Shown in pieces: positions 1 to 12,965 of a stretch of 64,000 bases of DNA. The stretch spans positions 764,700 to 828,699 of the forward strand of contig NW_003314348.1 in NCBI RefSeq assembly GCF_000143415.4. Reading direction: 5' to 3'. Made by a program: the position numbers and the translations under genes. The notes beneath the pieces are model-generated. The model saw nothing but the letters and a program-made list of their open reading frames with translations. It did no database searches and was not told where the DNA came from. This DNA comes from Selaginella moellendorffii (lineage: Eukaryota > Plantae > Lycopodiophyta). Each line of letters begins with the position of its first letter. Positions within the stretch are counted from its first letter, which is position 1.

Positions 1-3
1 TAG

Positions 4-3000
4 CTCGAAAAAGGAGTTCATGGCCTGTTTGATAGCTTCAGTAAGCTGGATAATCGGATTTCGGGTGTTGGACAAACGGCAGCACGAATTGGTGACCACT
101 TGCAGGTTGAGTCTTTCGGCCCTTCAGTCGAGTGAATTTGATGTGTAAATTGTTGTTCCAGAGTGCAGATGCACAACGGGAGACGGCTACTCAGACAATT
201 GAGCTGATAAAAGTGCGTGAATTTTGTGGTCATTACAATCGTGTGATGTTCTTCTCTACAGTACTTGATGGAGTTCAATACAAAGTCCGGTGACTTGATG
301 GGACTGTCTCCACTCTTCTCAGACGACAACCGTGTTGCTGAGGCGGCAGCTATAGCTCAAAAACTTCGTAAGTATTTCATTAAGCTCTAGTCATCGTTTT
401 TATAATGAGATTTTTTTTGTATTAGGTGCTCTCGCCGAAGAAGACATTGGAGGAACTGGCTCTGGTGCCACGGGCACCACCGTCAAAGGGACTGCAAATG
501 CGAACCCCGGCCTAGAAGTTGCCGTGGCAAACCTTCAGGAGTATTGTAATGGTATGCCTTTCATATTTCTTGGAAATAATTCTTACTTTGCTCCATATTT
601 TAGAACTTGAGAACCGCCTTCTTGATCGGTTTGACGCTGCCTCGCAGAAGAAGGAGCTATCTACCATGGGCGAATGTGCAAAAATATTGTCGCAGGTTCG
701 TTATTTTTCTTTTTCCTGATGTCGTTTTCAATCGTTTTTTATCTGTAGTTTAATAGAGGCGCCAGAGCAATGCAACGCTATGTTGCCTCGCGTCCTATGT
801 TTTTAGATGTCGAGGTAATGAATGAAGACACAAGAACTGTGCTTGGGGATCAAACCACAGACACTGCAGCGCCTGGGTCGCCACAACCTGTTGCAGATAC
901 GGCAACAATAATTCGTGGGTTGGGAAAGCTTTACAAGGAAATTACAGGTATATAACTTTTCCTTCTAAAATGTTTTTATTTATGTGTTCCTCTTAGATAC
1001 GGTTCGGAGAGAATCTGCAACGGTCTCTGCTGTTTTCCCATCGCCGGATGCAGTCATGTCAATCCTTGTACAGGTAAGTGTTTTGTTCTTCTGGAGAGAT
1101 AGCAATTGAAGTTGTGCAGAGAGTTATGGAGCAAAGAGTATTTGCTATCCTAGATAAGCTCCTTGTCAAACCCAACCTTGCAAGTACGGCTCTGATAGAA
1201 GAGGGCGGCCTTCTTCAGGTAAGGTAATTAAATATACTTTATACGTCGTTATTGTGTTTTGATGTGTTACGTTGTTCCATAGCATCTGAAACTGTTGGCG
1301 GCCACTTATGAAAAGACTCAAGCTTTTGCAAAAGATCTTCGGGCTCTAGGTTGTGGCGAGCTGGACGTTGAAGGTACGGCTCATTAAGGCTCATGCTTCA
1401 GAACTTGTGTTTAATGACTCTACTGTTGCAGTTCTTGCGGAATCTCTCTTCACTAGTCATAGGGATGACTATATCGAACTTGAACAGGCATCGCTTTCTC
1501 AAATGTTTGAAGCGAAGGTAATCATTTATTTTATATCTCCGCCATTATATAAGTTTCAACAGATGGCCGAGGTCAGGGCAGCGTTACCTCCACCTCCAGA
1601 CATTGGTCCTCGTGGAAGCAAAATGGCTGCTTTTCAAAACTTTTCGCAACCATCTTTGACAACTGAAGTTGTAACTGAATTTGTGCGTTGGAACGAAGAA
1701 GCTGTTCTTCGGTGCAGCCTGCTAACGGGAGCTCAGGTTTAAGGTTTCCTCCCTATGTGGATGGTTTATTGAATTATTTTCCTTACATCAGCCTGGATCT
1801 CTAGCATCGAACGTGAGAGCGATTTTTACGTGCCTACTGGAGCAAGTAAGCCTGTGAAGCTACAGTTTACGTGCCTTGAGTCTTGACTTATCAATGTTAT
1901 TTGTAGGTAAATCACTATATTACTGCGGCCTTAGAACGTGGTCAAGACGCTCTCCGAGAAGCCGCAGCATTGAGAGAACGTTTCGCTATTGGAACTGCAG
2001 TTAGCCGTCGGGTTGCAGCTGCTGCTGCTTCAGCGGTTAGTTCTTCCAGTATTTCTCGTTTCTTTTTTATTTACATCATCATGTTTAGGCCGAGGCTGCT
2101 GCAAACGCCGGTGAGATTAGTGTCAGCTCTTTCATGACCACCGTGCAAAGGGCTACGACTAATGTCGCCATTGTTCAGCAGGTATGTGCGGCTTACACAT
2201 TTATGCTCGAAACTACGATGCGTGCCTTTGCAGTATTTTGTGAACACGATCGCTCGGATTCTTCTTCCGGTCGATGGGGCACATGCCGCGTGCTGTGAGG
2301 AAATAGCAACATCCATGTCACATGCTGAGGATGCTGTATTGAAGGGCTTGCAGCTTTGTATGGACTCCATGATAGCTGAGGTATGCTTCGTTTGTTGAAA
2401 ACTCCACTTAGTACGTTTCCTTGAAGGCGGAACGCCTACTGGCTTTGGAACAAAAAGTGCATGATTATCAGCCTTCGGATGATGGAAGTCTACCGGACCA
2501 TCGGCCGACTAACGCCTGCACACGGTAACCCTTCTTCTCCAAATTCATAGTACTGGATTAAGTGCGTGTCGCTGCAGAGTGGTAGCGTTCTTGTCTCGGA
2601 TGCTGGATTCCACCAACACAGCTTTGGATGTTTCGAACAGACAAGTCTTTGTGACTGAGCTGGTATGGTTCTCTACTCATTTTCATACACGCATAACACG
2701 ACATTTCAGGGATGCCGTCTATACAAATCGCTTATCACTCACTGGCAAAGGTTCACATTTAGTCCAAGGTGAAACAAGTAAATTTTCAACATCTCGGTTC
2801 TCATTTTGCCATGTTACAGTGGCGGCCTCAGATTGAAACGTGACGTTACCGAGTTTGCTGAGTTCGTTCGCAGTTTCAAGGCTCCCACAGTAGACGAGAA
2901 GTTTGAACTCTTGGGAACGTAAGTTTTGACGTTTCTGATATGTTTGTTTTTATTTCAGATTGTATCCCTTTTCCAGGATGGTTAACATTTTCATCGTCGC

Positions 3001-3193
3001 ACCGGAGAGCCTGAAAACACTAGTTGACGGGAGTTTGCGCAACGCTAGCAAGGATGCGATTCGGTATTTAAATACCTCTGTGCTTTTTGTGCGTATCATT
3101 TCTTTCCAAATTTCCTGCAGATTCATACAACTTCGAGAAGATTATAAGTCCGCGAAGCTATCTAACATTGTTAACCAGCTTGCAATCAGTTGA
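4..3193 (+). CDS. SEC10: Exocyst complex component SEC10 (EXOC5), multi-exon, 5' end outside the window
   Basis: Exon translations LEKGVHGLFDSFSKLDNRISGVGQTAARIGDHLQ, MQRYVASRPMF, NTIARILLPVDGAHAACCEE and RFIQLREDYKSAKL match plant SEC10. About 20 GT-AG introns of ~45-65 nt; stop TGA ends at 3193. Confidence 0.93.
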
Positions 3194-3430
3194 TCATCTC
3201 AAAGAGTGGCTTTGACTTGAAGGTTTTTGTAGCTGTGCTTTCAACTTCATATGATCGAGCTGGCTTTATTGGTTTGCCACTAGCTTTCTGTAACAGAGTT
3301 GAGATATTTCTTTTGGTATCGAACAAGTCTTATCAATGAAATCTTACCAACAAGCAAGTAGACTGAAGATGCTTTTTCACCTTCCGCTATTCCTGGGAAG
3401 ATGATATACCAACGAGTGGTGGTACTTCTT

Positions 3431-5493
3431 TTAAGCTCTTTCTTTCAGCCTGCCTTGTAGCCTTTCGTTCGCCTCTTCGAGATTGAGGCACTGATAGCGG
3501 TCATCGCCACGCTGTTGAGTTAAAGAGATTAACAAAGGCACTAGATGATTACTGTGTTACCTCGTCTAATAACTCGAAAGCTCTCAACTTGTCCAAAGCG
3601 TCGTCATATTCGAATTCGCATCTCTCTTGAAACTCTCTTTCCATCAGATAGTTACAATGCAACGCAAACTCCTGACATAGACGAGTAAAGAAATCATTTC
3701 AGTGGACGACTATAGCTGTATACCTGTTTTGTGGCCGTCCCTAGCACAAGCAACACAAAGTATCCCACGATAGTTTCCATTGTCTGCGCAAATGAAAAGC
3801 TCGTCAATAACAAGAGAGAGCGTATGGAAATTTTAACGCAGTACTTCCTGGTTGGTTACGTTCGTGCACAAGTGTAGCAGGGTACCAAGGTGGCTGTCGC
3901 TTTGCTTGTCGTAAATTGACTTGGAGATGAGCCTGTGGTACTCCAGAACATTGATATGAAACCTGGATTGTTTCCACATTAGCTCGAAAGATGGCCAAAC
4001 TCAGAGAGACTTACGTGAAATACACCTTGAAGCAGTATCCAACAAAAGCTGCAAGGATGGTGAAGGCGAGTGGTACAAAGGAAGAGTGGCCTTTCTTAAA
4101 GGCTTCCCAAAACCCAGCCTGGTAAGTGCCGAATTTAATAACGTTTGGAGGAAAAAAAAAAATTGTTTGAAAGCAATACCACTCCTGTGACACCCGAAAA
4201 GATGAGCTTTATCCATTCAGACCAGCTCAGGCGCGGTGATTTCTTCTCGGGCTGTACGAAGAGGTTATGAAAATAGATCCATCACACGGTTTTAGTTTAC
4301 CAGGACAAGCTCCAAATCAGCCATTGGTACGTCTTTGAATTGCTTGATGTGAATACCGCGAGGATCATCGCGTGTTCTGCTTATGGCATTAGAAGCGAAG
4401 CTTTGACTAGAGGGAATTGCGTTTGTTACCTGTAGATGACAATTACCTGGCTAAAAGTTGGTTCTTGAAGCTCCACCTTTTGAAAGAAATGCTTGATTCT
4501 ACAAATACCGCTGCTTCTCTGTTAGGCTTTTAACATGGAAAGCTTACCGCACGTCTCCTACATGAATACGCTCCATCTCCATAAATCTATCGTCAGGTTT
4601 TGGTTCTTCATGCATGAAATTTTCTTCCTCGCCAATACTTTAATAAAAGCGAGTTAAAAAGTGAAAAGAAGATAAACATTTACCAAAGTCTAAGAATCAT
4701 CTTCCAAAAACTTTTCTGAATCTCCTCAACTTTGGCCAGCATATAGTAGCCTTGTGCAGTGTCACACCCAATGCCTCTCCTGTAAATCAAGCACTGGACT
4801 TTGGAATTATAACGAGTTCCTATTCAACATTTGTGACTTACCCTGTTCTCAAAAAGCTGTTCGTCGCCTGCCTCGGTAACTCTAGGGTACTTCTTCAGGA
4901 GCTTGTCATCAAGCTAAAGATGTATGTTCTTTAGTAAACCAAAGTTTGAAATAACCACGTTACTCTATCCTTGTTGAGTTTGACATCAAGACGAAGAACG
5001 TATTTGCTCGAAGTAGCAATCTTCCATTCTTTCTTTTTAAGAACTTTGAAATTGCTCTTTGTCATTATCTGTAAAAAGAGGTAAAAACGCGAAATCACTA
5101 CTGACAATTCAGCGTGCCTCACGGTGAAACATCTCGAGAAACCTCGTCTCGTCGGTCGAAGAAGGTTCCCTGTCTTGAGTTTTGTGCGGATCAAACAAAT
5201 GTTGAAGCTCCTGCATTAAGTTTTGTTAAGAAAAGAAAGACGAAGATTACTTGCCATTAGCTCCTCGAACAGGTCGTGATACTTAGCACGCACACAAGCC
5301 TCAATCCTGGCGCACAAAGCCTTGAACAGGCCCCTGTCCGCATCCGTCGCTGTAGGAAAGTGGCAACGTCACGAAGAGAAAATATACACCAGAACTTACA
5401 GAACAAGGTAGTGAGGACTTTGACAAGCTTTGGCTTGGATGTCAAAATGACGGGCTCCCGCTCGATCCTGATCATATTTCTCTTCTGCTCCAT
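3431..5493 (-). CDS. DUF3754 / TMEM143-like membrane protein, multi-exon
   Basis: N-terminus MEQKRNMIRIEREPVILTSKPKL and internal PRGIHIKQFKDVPMADLELVL and EFEYDDALDKL resemble plant DUF3754 proteins. Short GT-AG introns; stop TAA at 3431-3433. Start is approximate. Confidence 0.75.
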
Positions 5494-5936
5494 TCTCCCC
5501 TGATAGCGACCCAGAAGATTTGAGCGTCCAAGTTGAAATAGCTGCTCCTTTCCTGATGCAAGCAAAGTATCAATCAATACTTACATAAAGAAATACACTC
5601 ACCATCCTTGGCCGCTACGGTAGAATCGGGCTAAACACGTTTGCTCTCTGACAAAAAGGAAAACATTACAGCTGACCGCCGACATATGGTAGCTGAATAC
5701 AAACCATCTGCGAAACAGTATGGCCGTATCCGATATGGAAGATGGAATTAACATGTCAAAGGTCCCACGATTGTAGCAGAGAAAGAGACCACCGGCCAGC
5801 GAATTCAACTGGAAACTATGTTCTCTCGTAGGCCTGAAAACTAGAGAGATACATTTGACAAATCCAAACGTAAGCATAACAGGCATCAGTTTCTCAGGCT
5901 TTTGACTCGGAAGTTCTGAGAATTTCTTGTCTCAGG

Positions 5937-7778
5937 ATGTCAAAAGGAACATCAAGTATTACTTACCCGGTAGGAGGAGAAATTGAGTTTGTCTGTGCTT
6001 CTCAAAGCCACCAACGAAGGCCTAGTGCCACAAGAATCAGCAATGTTAGTCTAGAAGACATTACGAGCACGCTGCTAAAGACTGAACAAGTTGCTGCTGA
6101 ATGGTTGCAACTAGTAGCAAAAGTATTTTGGAAAGGAGGTTCTACGTTTGATGCATGGCTGAATGCATCCTCGGCTCAGGTAACTGGGTTTTCACAGTCT
6201 TCTACTCTCTCAAACCACTCTTACTTCAGATTGCTCAAGTATTGCTAACCTTTCCATACTCGTTTGCACAAATGGGCCTCGCCTCTGGAATGGCATTCAT
6301 GCTTTTGTATGGACTTTTAGGATGCTGGTCTTCCTACACAATGACATGCCTATATGCCGACTATCGAAAGCTAAAAGAGATGCAAAACGTCACTTTTGAG
6401 CATCATACCATTCAGGTGAAATCCTCAAGAAAATCTATAAGAATGTAGTCCTAGGTGGTGCTAATGGATGAGAAGGTACCAGTGGTATGAGGTGCTGGAC
6501 GGTCTTCTAGGCCCCTGGTGGAAAGCAGCAGGACTTATATTCAATGGCGCTCTCCTTTTCTGCACAGCAACCATTCAACTCATAGCCTGTGGAAGGTATC
6601 AAAAAAGAGTTCAAAATGATAAGTTCTTACCGCAGTGGAGTTTCAGCACAGTGTACTACATTGGCGATGATCTGGACAAGCGTTCTTGGACATTGATTTT
6701 TGGTGCCTGTTGCTCGTTGAGCATTCTCATCCCCACTGCACACAACTATAGAATGTGGTCCTTTGCAGGAATTATCATGACGACTTACACGGCATGGTAT
6801 TTAGCTCTGGCTTCCCTATCCATAAAAAGAGTAAGCTCTCGGAAGTTTTTCAACAAACTCAAAGCACACCTCTTTAGGAACCATCTGTGACACACCATGG
6901 ACCCGTAAGCACCGAGGAATATTTCACAGGAGCAACGAACTTCCTATACGCATTCGGAGGTCACGCAGTTACAATGTGAGTTGAAAGAAAAAACAAAGAA
7001 AAGAGCTTACAATTGTTTGAAACCAGAGAAATCATGGATGCGATGTGGGAGCCCAAGAAGTTTAAGAGCGTGTACGTCTACGCCATTGCCTACGTACTTT
7101 TGATCCTTTTGATCCCGTCCGCGGTGACAGTCTACTTGAGATTCGGTGACAAAATGCTGATAAATCCCAACGCTTTCGCTGTGCTGCCAAAGACAAAGTT
7201 TAGAGACGCGGCCGTGATTCTCATGGTTATCCACCAGGTGAGTAAAAGTGAAAGGAATAATCAGAGTTCTTCATTCTTACTTCTTTGAAGTTTATCGAGT
7301 TTGGACTCCTCGCGATCCCCATCTATATCATCTGGGAAAAATTTCTAGGAGTCCATCACAAGCAGTGTTACATCATGAAAGTGATAGCCAGAGTACCTGT
7401 GATACTGGGAATTTGGTTCGTGGCTCTCATGATTCCTTTCTTCGGCCCAATCAACTCCATAGTCGGATCGTTCCTCACGAGCTCTAGCATTTATATTTTG
7501 CCCTGCGCAGCACACATTACGTACTATGGGATGCGAGCATCGAGAAGCGTGAGTAGAAATCCCCGAAATACCTGAAATTCCTGACGGTCGTGATGATACA
7601 GGGCTCCGCCGAGCCGCATTCTTGGATCGGCGCCTACTACTTGAACCTCGGCACGATCGCGTGGGTGCTGATCGTCGGCGTGGGATTTGGCGCCTGGGCG
7701 AGCATCCAAAACATGAAGAAAGAGATCGATACCTTTGGCTTGTTCGCCAAATGTTACCAATGTGACCAAGAACCCTAA
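5937..7778 (+). CDS. LAX: AUX1/LAX auxin influx carrier
   Basis: Motifs WKGGSTFDAWLNASS, AQVLLTFPYSFAQMG, QWYEVLDGLLGPWWK, HNYRMWSF, FGGHAVT, PFFGPINS and DTFGLFAKCYQC across about 8 exons. Confidence 0.95.
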
Positions 7779-7803
7779 AATTTAAATTTCATTCTGAAGA
7801 ACC

Positions 7804-9222
7804 CTAGTCGCCCACCGCGGAGATTCTCGCCATTCGCTTTCTCCAGCGGACAATTATGAGCGCGATCAGCACCGACACGGCGATGATCACCGAGAAGGCG
7901 CCAATGGCTGTGTTGGCAACGATTCTCAGGGCCTTGGCGGATCGGCGCCCGGGAGGTAGGGCTCCGCCGGACGTTTTGATCTTGAGGAACATCGACGACG
8001 CATATCCTTGGCGCAGGGGCGTCACCGCGACGGTGTAGAGCGTAGTGACGTGGTAGCAGGCGCTGTCATGGATCCCAACCTGGAAGAACGCCGCAATGCA
8101 GCTACAATTCAAGAGGCAGGATTCCTTGCAAGCATTGGGAGAGAGCTGTGGAATCCCTTGCATGAATTCCAGCGGCTGATAATCGTAGCCGGGGGCTTCG
8201 ACGAGCTCGTGGCTGCCGCTGCTGTTGCATCGATCATCCGTCAACGACATTTCCCCCGGGAGAGAGCATCCTCCCAGCGGATTCGTCCGATCGATTGGCT
8301 CCAGCTGGAGCGATGGATCGAAGTCGAGGCAAGCACAGGTACTTTGTCGAAGCACGCCATACTTTCCACATTCTCCAATGCCATTGATAGGAACGGGTTC
8401 GCTTTTCTTGTAGCTGTTCCAGAATCGCACAGTACCGTCATAGTGGAGCTTGAGGAACTTCCCAAACTGGAGGCAAAATGGCGCGGTGATTTTCTTGGTT
8501 GCTACCACGGACTCCATCCTGTTATATGCTACAAGATAGCAGCTCTCGATCATCAGGTACGCTATGTCGTGGCTTCCCAGGTCCCAGACCGCGTAAGTTT
8601 GCTCTGTGCCAGGAGCTCGAGCGCGGCCAACGAGACCCCGAGGCTGGAGCTCGAGAAAAAAGCTCCCTTGGCTCCTGTTTGTGTAAGAGACACTGGAGAC
8701 GAGCTTGCTTCCCGGCACGAACTTTTGTTTCGGAAGCAACAAGTCCGTGGGGTGGTCGAAGCTCTGCCAGATGATCTCGCCCCCGCTGCCGAGGAGGACG
8801 AGGTTTCCGGTGTCGAGGACCTCCATAGCCACAACTCCTCGGCCCGAGGTGCCGGAGGACCACACCTGGATGGGGCCTTGGCTCAGGACTAAGTTACCAT
8901 CTTCTCCAAACGCGAGAGTGGCGTTGGCGGAGAGTGGGAAGTCTCGGTTGGCCTGCCAGACGCTGACGACGGTGTCCGACGAGATTGTGCACTCTACATC
9001 CGGGATGAGGGGGATGGAGATGGACAAGTAATAGATTGGAGAGGTGGAGCAAGCTCGCGTGAATCCCAGCGCGTGGTTCGTGTCAACGTTGAGAAGCATG
9101 AAGTCCGGCTCAATACCTGACTCAAGCGTCCATTCTGTGTTGACAGGAGCCGTGCTTATAGCAGCAAAGACAGTGGTGCGATCAAGGAGAACGAGGAAGA
9201 TCATTAAAGGCAGCACCACCAT
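7804..9222 (-). CDS. G-type (bulb) lectin + EGF-like + PAN/apple receptor-like protein with TM helix, no kinase domain
   Basis: Single 472-aa ORF: signal peptide, VWQANRD, LDTGNLVL, IIWQSFDHPTDLLLP, CGKYG..C.C, CKESCLLNCSCIAAFF, a hydrophobic TM segment and a short basic tail. Confidence 0.88.
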   Translation of the reverse strand: MVVLPLMIFLVLLDRTTVFAAISTAPVNTEWTLESGIEPDFMLLNVDTNHALGFTRACSTSPIYYLSISIPLIPDVECTISSDTVVSVWQANRDFPLSANATLAFGEDGNLVLSQGPIQVWSSGTSGRGVVAMEVLDTGNLVLLGSGGEIIWQSFDHPTDLLLPKQKFVPGSKLVSSVSYTNRSQGSFFLELQPRGLVGRARAPGTEQTYAVWDLGSHDIAYLMIESCYLVAYNRMESVVATKKITAPFCLQFGKFLKLHYDGTVRFWNSYKKSEPVPINGIGECGKYGVLRQSTCACLDFDPSLQLEPIDRTNPLGGCSLPGEMSLTDDRCNSSGSHELVEAPGYDYQPLEFMQGIPQLSPNACKESCLLNCSCIAAFFQVGIHDSACYHVTTLYTVAVTPLRQGYASSMFLKIKTSGGALPPGRRSAKALRIVANTAIGAFSVIIAVSVLIALIIVRWRKRMARISAVGD

Positions 9223-9484
9223 AGCCAGAGCACGCGGGATGGAAGAAAGTTTGGAAAGAACAAGGATAAAGGCATTGGGGAGTCTGAAAGACGATCACAG
9301 GTGGGCTTTTTGTATTTTTACTGAAGCTTCACGCGTTGATTCACTAGGACGAGAACACCAAAGATTAAATGCTGGACTGATCATTGATAGAGGTAATGAA
9401 ACAAACTCCTCTATCTCGGGGATCACTAAGTTTTTGGGGCTGTTTTAAATCTATTTGGGCCTAAGGTTTAGGGCTAGGGCTAGA

Positions 9485-10670
9485 ATGGCGATCATCCGGG
9501 AGGAGAGCAGCGAGGAATCGGACCCCGGTGGCAGCACGGGCAATGGCGCGATTGTGGATAGATTCTCGCGGGCGAAAGTAATCGCCATCGCCGCTGGAGC
9601 AAGGCTGCTCTTCTACCCGACGCTGGCGTACAATGTCCTGCGCAACAGCATGGAGGACGAATTCCGCTGGTGGGATCAAGTGGACGAGGTGAGATTGAGG
9701 TCTTGGGCCGAATTTCTGAGGTTTCCTGCCACAGTTCTTGCTTCTGGGCGCGGTGCCCTTTCGCAGCGATGTGATTTTGCTCAAATCGGCGGGCGTGAGG
9801 GGCGTTGTGACGCTCAACGAACCCTTTGAGACCCTCGTCGACTCATCCTTCTACCAGGTTAGCTTCTAGTGGAAAATTACTTAGCTTCCCCTAAAGGAGT
9901 ATTCTCTCTTCTAGGAGCATGGTATCAGTCATTGTGTAATTCCAACGCGGGATTATTACTTTGCTCCGACTGTTAAAGACATTCGGCGAGCTGTGAACTT
10001 CATCCATGGTAAGTTTCTTTCTTTTTGCCCCTCTCCTTTGTTTTTTTCTTGGTCTTTATTTTGTGTTTTTTCAGAGCATGCGCTTCGAGATGAGACAACC
10101 TATGTTCACTGTAAAGCCGGTCGCGGGCGAAGTACAACAGTAGCGCTATGCTACTTGGTAAGCTTATCTTCTAGTATATTTCCTTTTCGTGATCGATTTT
10201 CTGCGTGATTCTAGATGGAACACCGAGGATTGAATCCCATCGACGCTTTCAGCTACATCCGTGCTCGGCGCCCGAGAGTTTTGCTGGCTTCAGCACAGTG
10301 GGAGGTATGAGAACTTCCGATTCATTCTTTTGTTTGCTCACCAACGTTTTCCCATCTCCAGGCTGTGTACGAATACAGACACAAGTATTGCTCGCGACCG
10401 CTGCTAGCAAACGCTGGATCCGGCAGCTGCAGCAGTAGCGACGATCTAAAGTCATCCCTGCCGTGCCTGTGCATTTACTGCACCGAGGAGCCGGTGATGA
10501 TCACCGCCACGGATCTTGCGGACTACCGCGAGAAGCCCCGATGGATGTTGTGGAAGAACTTGGGGCTTGTTCTATCGTATCTTCTACGCATGGAGAAGAT
10601 GGAGGCCATGGAAATGGCGTGCAAGCCGGCGCAAGACTTTGGCAGCTCCATCCAGCTAACGGCGTACTGA
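9485..10670 (+). CDS. Dual-specificity / phosphatidylglycerophosphate phosphatase (PTPMT1/DSP8-like)
   Basis: GARLLFYPTLAYNVLRN, FRWWDQVDE, LLLGAVPF and catalytic YVHCKAGRGRSTT; short introns. Confidence 0.9.
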
Positions 10671-10796
10671 CCAAAACAACAAATGTAAAGGTTTGTATTC
10701 TGTATATAAAAAAGAAAGACAAGTACGGAAGGCATATCCATGGGTATAATCATGTAAATATAAGTACGGTAATCAAACAATCACAAAATTTGAAGT

Positions 10797-12799
10797 TCAG
10801 CTTAGGGTGAAAGTGGCGTTCTTCATGCCCCATAGCGCGATGGAGGCGCCGATCGGGGCGCTGCCGTTGTTGAAGAGGAAGAGGCGCGGCGAGCCGCTGG
10901 TAGGGTACACGCGGGAGGTAATGCAGGTCCGTCCGCCTTGAAAGAATGTCTCGATGATCGAGTGATCTACCTGTGGAGCACGCAGTCAGTGAAATTCAGG
11001 CCTTTCTTTCGGGTCTTACAATCACTCGCATCGTGAGCTGCTGCTCTGTGCTGGTAACGTTCACGAATCCTCCGTATGCTGTTTTTGTGACATTTGGCTG
11101 TAGCGACGATCTAGAGGAAATGTTTTGGTTTGATCTCTGGGAATTTGGGGATGGATTACCTTCGAATGTCGCTGCAAGCAAGGGGCTTCCAGCCCGACTT
11201 CGATCTCAGCAACGCGAAGTAGATCGCAGTGTGTTCTTGGAGATAATCCGAGGCTAGAACCATTAGTCCAAATGGTCCAATTGCTTCTCTTGATGCGGTG
11301 GTACGACCAAGGCATGAGGTTTGTCCGTCTTCCATGATGCTGTCGAGGGTGACTAGTTTGTGATTTCTTACAGTGAAGGTGACCTCGATGTCCAGCTAAA
11401 ACAACGCACGAGAAGCTGAAAGAAATGAAGAGAAAACAGGAGGAACACTAAAAGGTTGAGCCTAGGAACCTGAAACTTCTTTCTGCCGCTATGTATCTCC
11501 TGCAACGCGCCACCTTGAAGCTTGCGGTAAGCCTGTGAATGGTAGTCCCGTCGACGCAGTTTATACACTTCGGCTAGTGGCCACTGTCTAACTCCATTTT
11601 GGTGTGTTTCATCCAGCCAGATTTGTCTCGGGAGTGCCTGACACAACTTCAGATCAACAAGAGGTTCTCACAAACAGTTTCTTCCACATACCTGGACGCC
11701 GGCCCAGCCTTTGGCTATGTCAGCCTCAACGCTGTCTTTCTCGGTGACCCATCCCCAAAGTACGCGTCTCTGCTTCTCAGGGTCGTAGAACGTCTTGGAA
11801 GCGTAGAAGACGCCGTAATCGTAAACGAGGCCTATTCCAGTGTCCAGCTCCGGGACATTGGGTATGAACTTATCGGCCGCAGCATCGTAAGTTCCTACAG
11901 CGTAAGCATCTTGTCTGGTATTATCCAAGCTGACTTTGAGTACGTGTTTAACTCCAGAGCCTCTGACTGAATCCTCCAAGCCTTTTGTTCCGAAGGATGA
12001 AACGGGATAGAAATCCGGGCACTCCCACATCCCGGTTCCAGCAACTTCATGGAGCGGATTGTCCACCAAGTCCCAGTGAACAAAGTCTTTACTGGTGTAC
12101 AGGATTGCAGCTCCGGTGGCATTCTTCTTTGCTCCCACCAGGATTCTCCAAAGCCCGTCGGCACCAATCCAGGCCGTGGTTGGATCTCTGAAGTCTACTG
12201 TTCGCACGCCGGAGGGTGGTGGAAAGATGATCGGGTTCCGCTCCAGTTTCTTCCAGGTTCTAACCAGCGGATCCGAGATGTTTGCAGGCACAGCCTCGTT
12301 CTGCGACTGATCTAAGTTGAGCGCAGAGCCCGTGTAGAGAATGACCGGCACTCCCTTGACGAAGGTGATGGAGCCAGAGAAGGCACCGTTTTGGTCGTAA
12401 GGCTTGTCTCTTTGGAGAGCCAGGTCGAGGAAGCTCCAGTTGATGAGGTCCTTGGAGACTGCGTGTCCCCAGCTGATGTTTCCAAATACTGGCGCGGTGG
12501 GATTGTACTGGAAGAAGAGGTGATACAATCCTTTGTAGAGCATCGGTCCTGGCTTAAGTCCATGAGGTAACGATCTTTTCTTTCTATCATTTTCTTACCA
12601 TTGGGATCTTTTGGGACAGGAAAGAGGAAGAAGAACATACACATACAAGGGTGGCTTTTACTTGAGTGACTCTAGAAGTTATAATTTTACCATTCATCCA
12701 GTTCTTGATGGGTTGGAAGTGGAATGCAGGGCGTAAGTCATCCCCCACAGACGATCCTGCAAGCGATAAGATGATTATTATCAGAAGCATAGCCGGCAT
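10797..12799 (-). CDS. CWINV: GH32 cell-wall invertase (beta-fructofuranosidase), copy 1
   Basis: Signal peptide, FHFQP..NWMN, 9-nt mini-exon ATCCCAATG (12599-12607) completing NDPNG, FRDP, WECPDF and SLDNTR. Confidence 0.93.
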
Positions 12800-12861
12800 T
12801 TGAAAGGCAAGGTTGGTGCAACCATCTTTTTTAGCTTAATCGGGTAAATCAAATTCGGGAG

Positions 12862-12871
12862 AAAAATAAAA
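12862..12871 (-). terminator. Putative Pol III oligo-T terminator of the tRNA-Pro
   Basis: TTTTATTTTT about 20 nt downstream of the tRNA 3' end on the minus strand. Confidence 0.5.
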
Positions 12872-12891
12872 GCTGGACATCTTTTTCTTCG

Positions 12892-12965
12892 TAGGGATGA
12901 CAGGATTCGAACCTGCGGCCGTTTGTACCCAAAACAAACGCGCTACCGAGCTGCGCTACATCCCT
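12892..12965 (-). tRNA. trnP-UGG: tRNA-Pro(UGG), plastid-type sequence in nuclear context
   Basis: AGGGATGTAGCGCAGCTCGGTAGCGCGTTTGTTTTGGGTACAAACGGCCGCAGGTTCGAATCCTGTCATCCCTA folds as a full cloverleaf with anticodon TGG. It closely resembles land-plant chloroplast trnP-UGG, not cytosolic tRNA-Pro. Confidence 0.92.

Noticed and set aside
8008-8892. 294-aa plus-strand ORF, and similar antisense ORFs over COI1, PPR, PAO and globulin
   Set aside because: Shadow frames of GC-rich coding sequence on the opposite strand.
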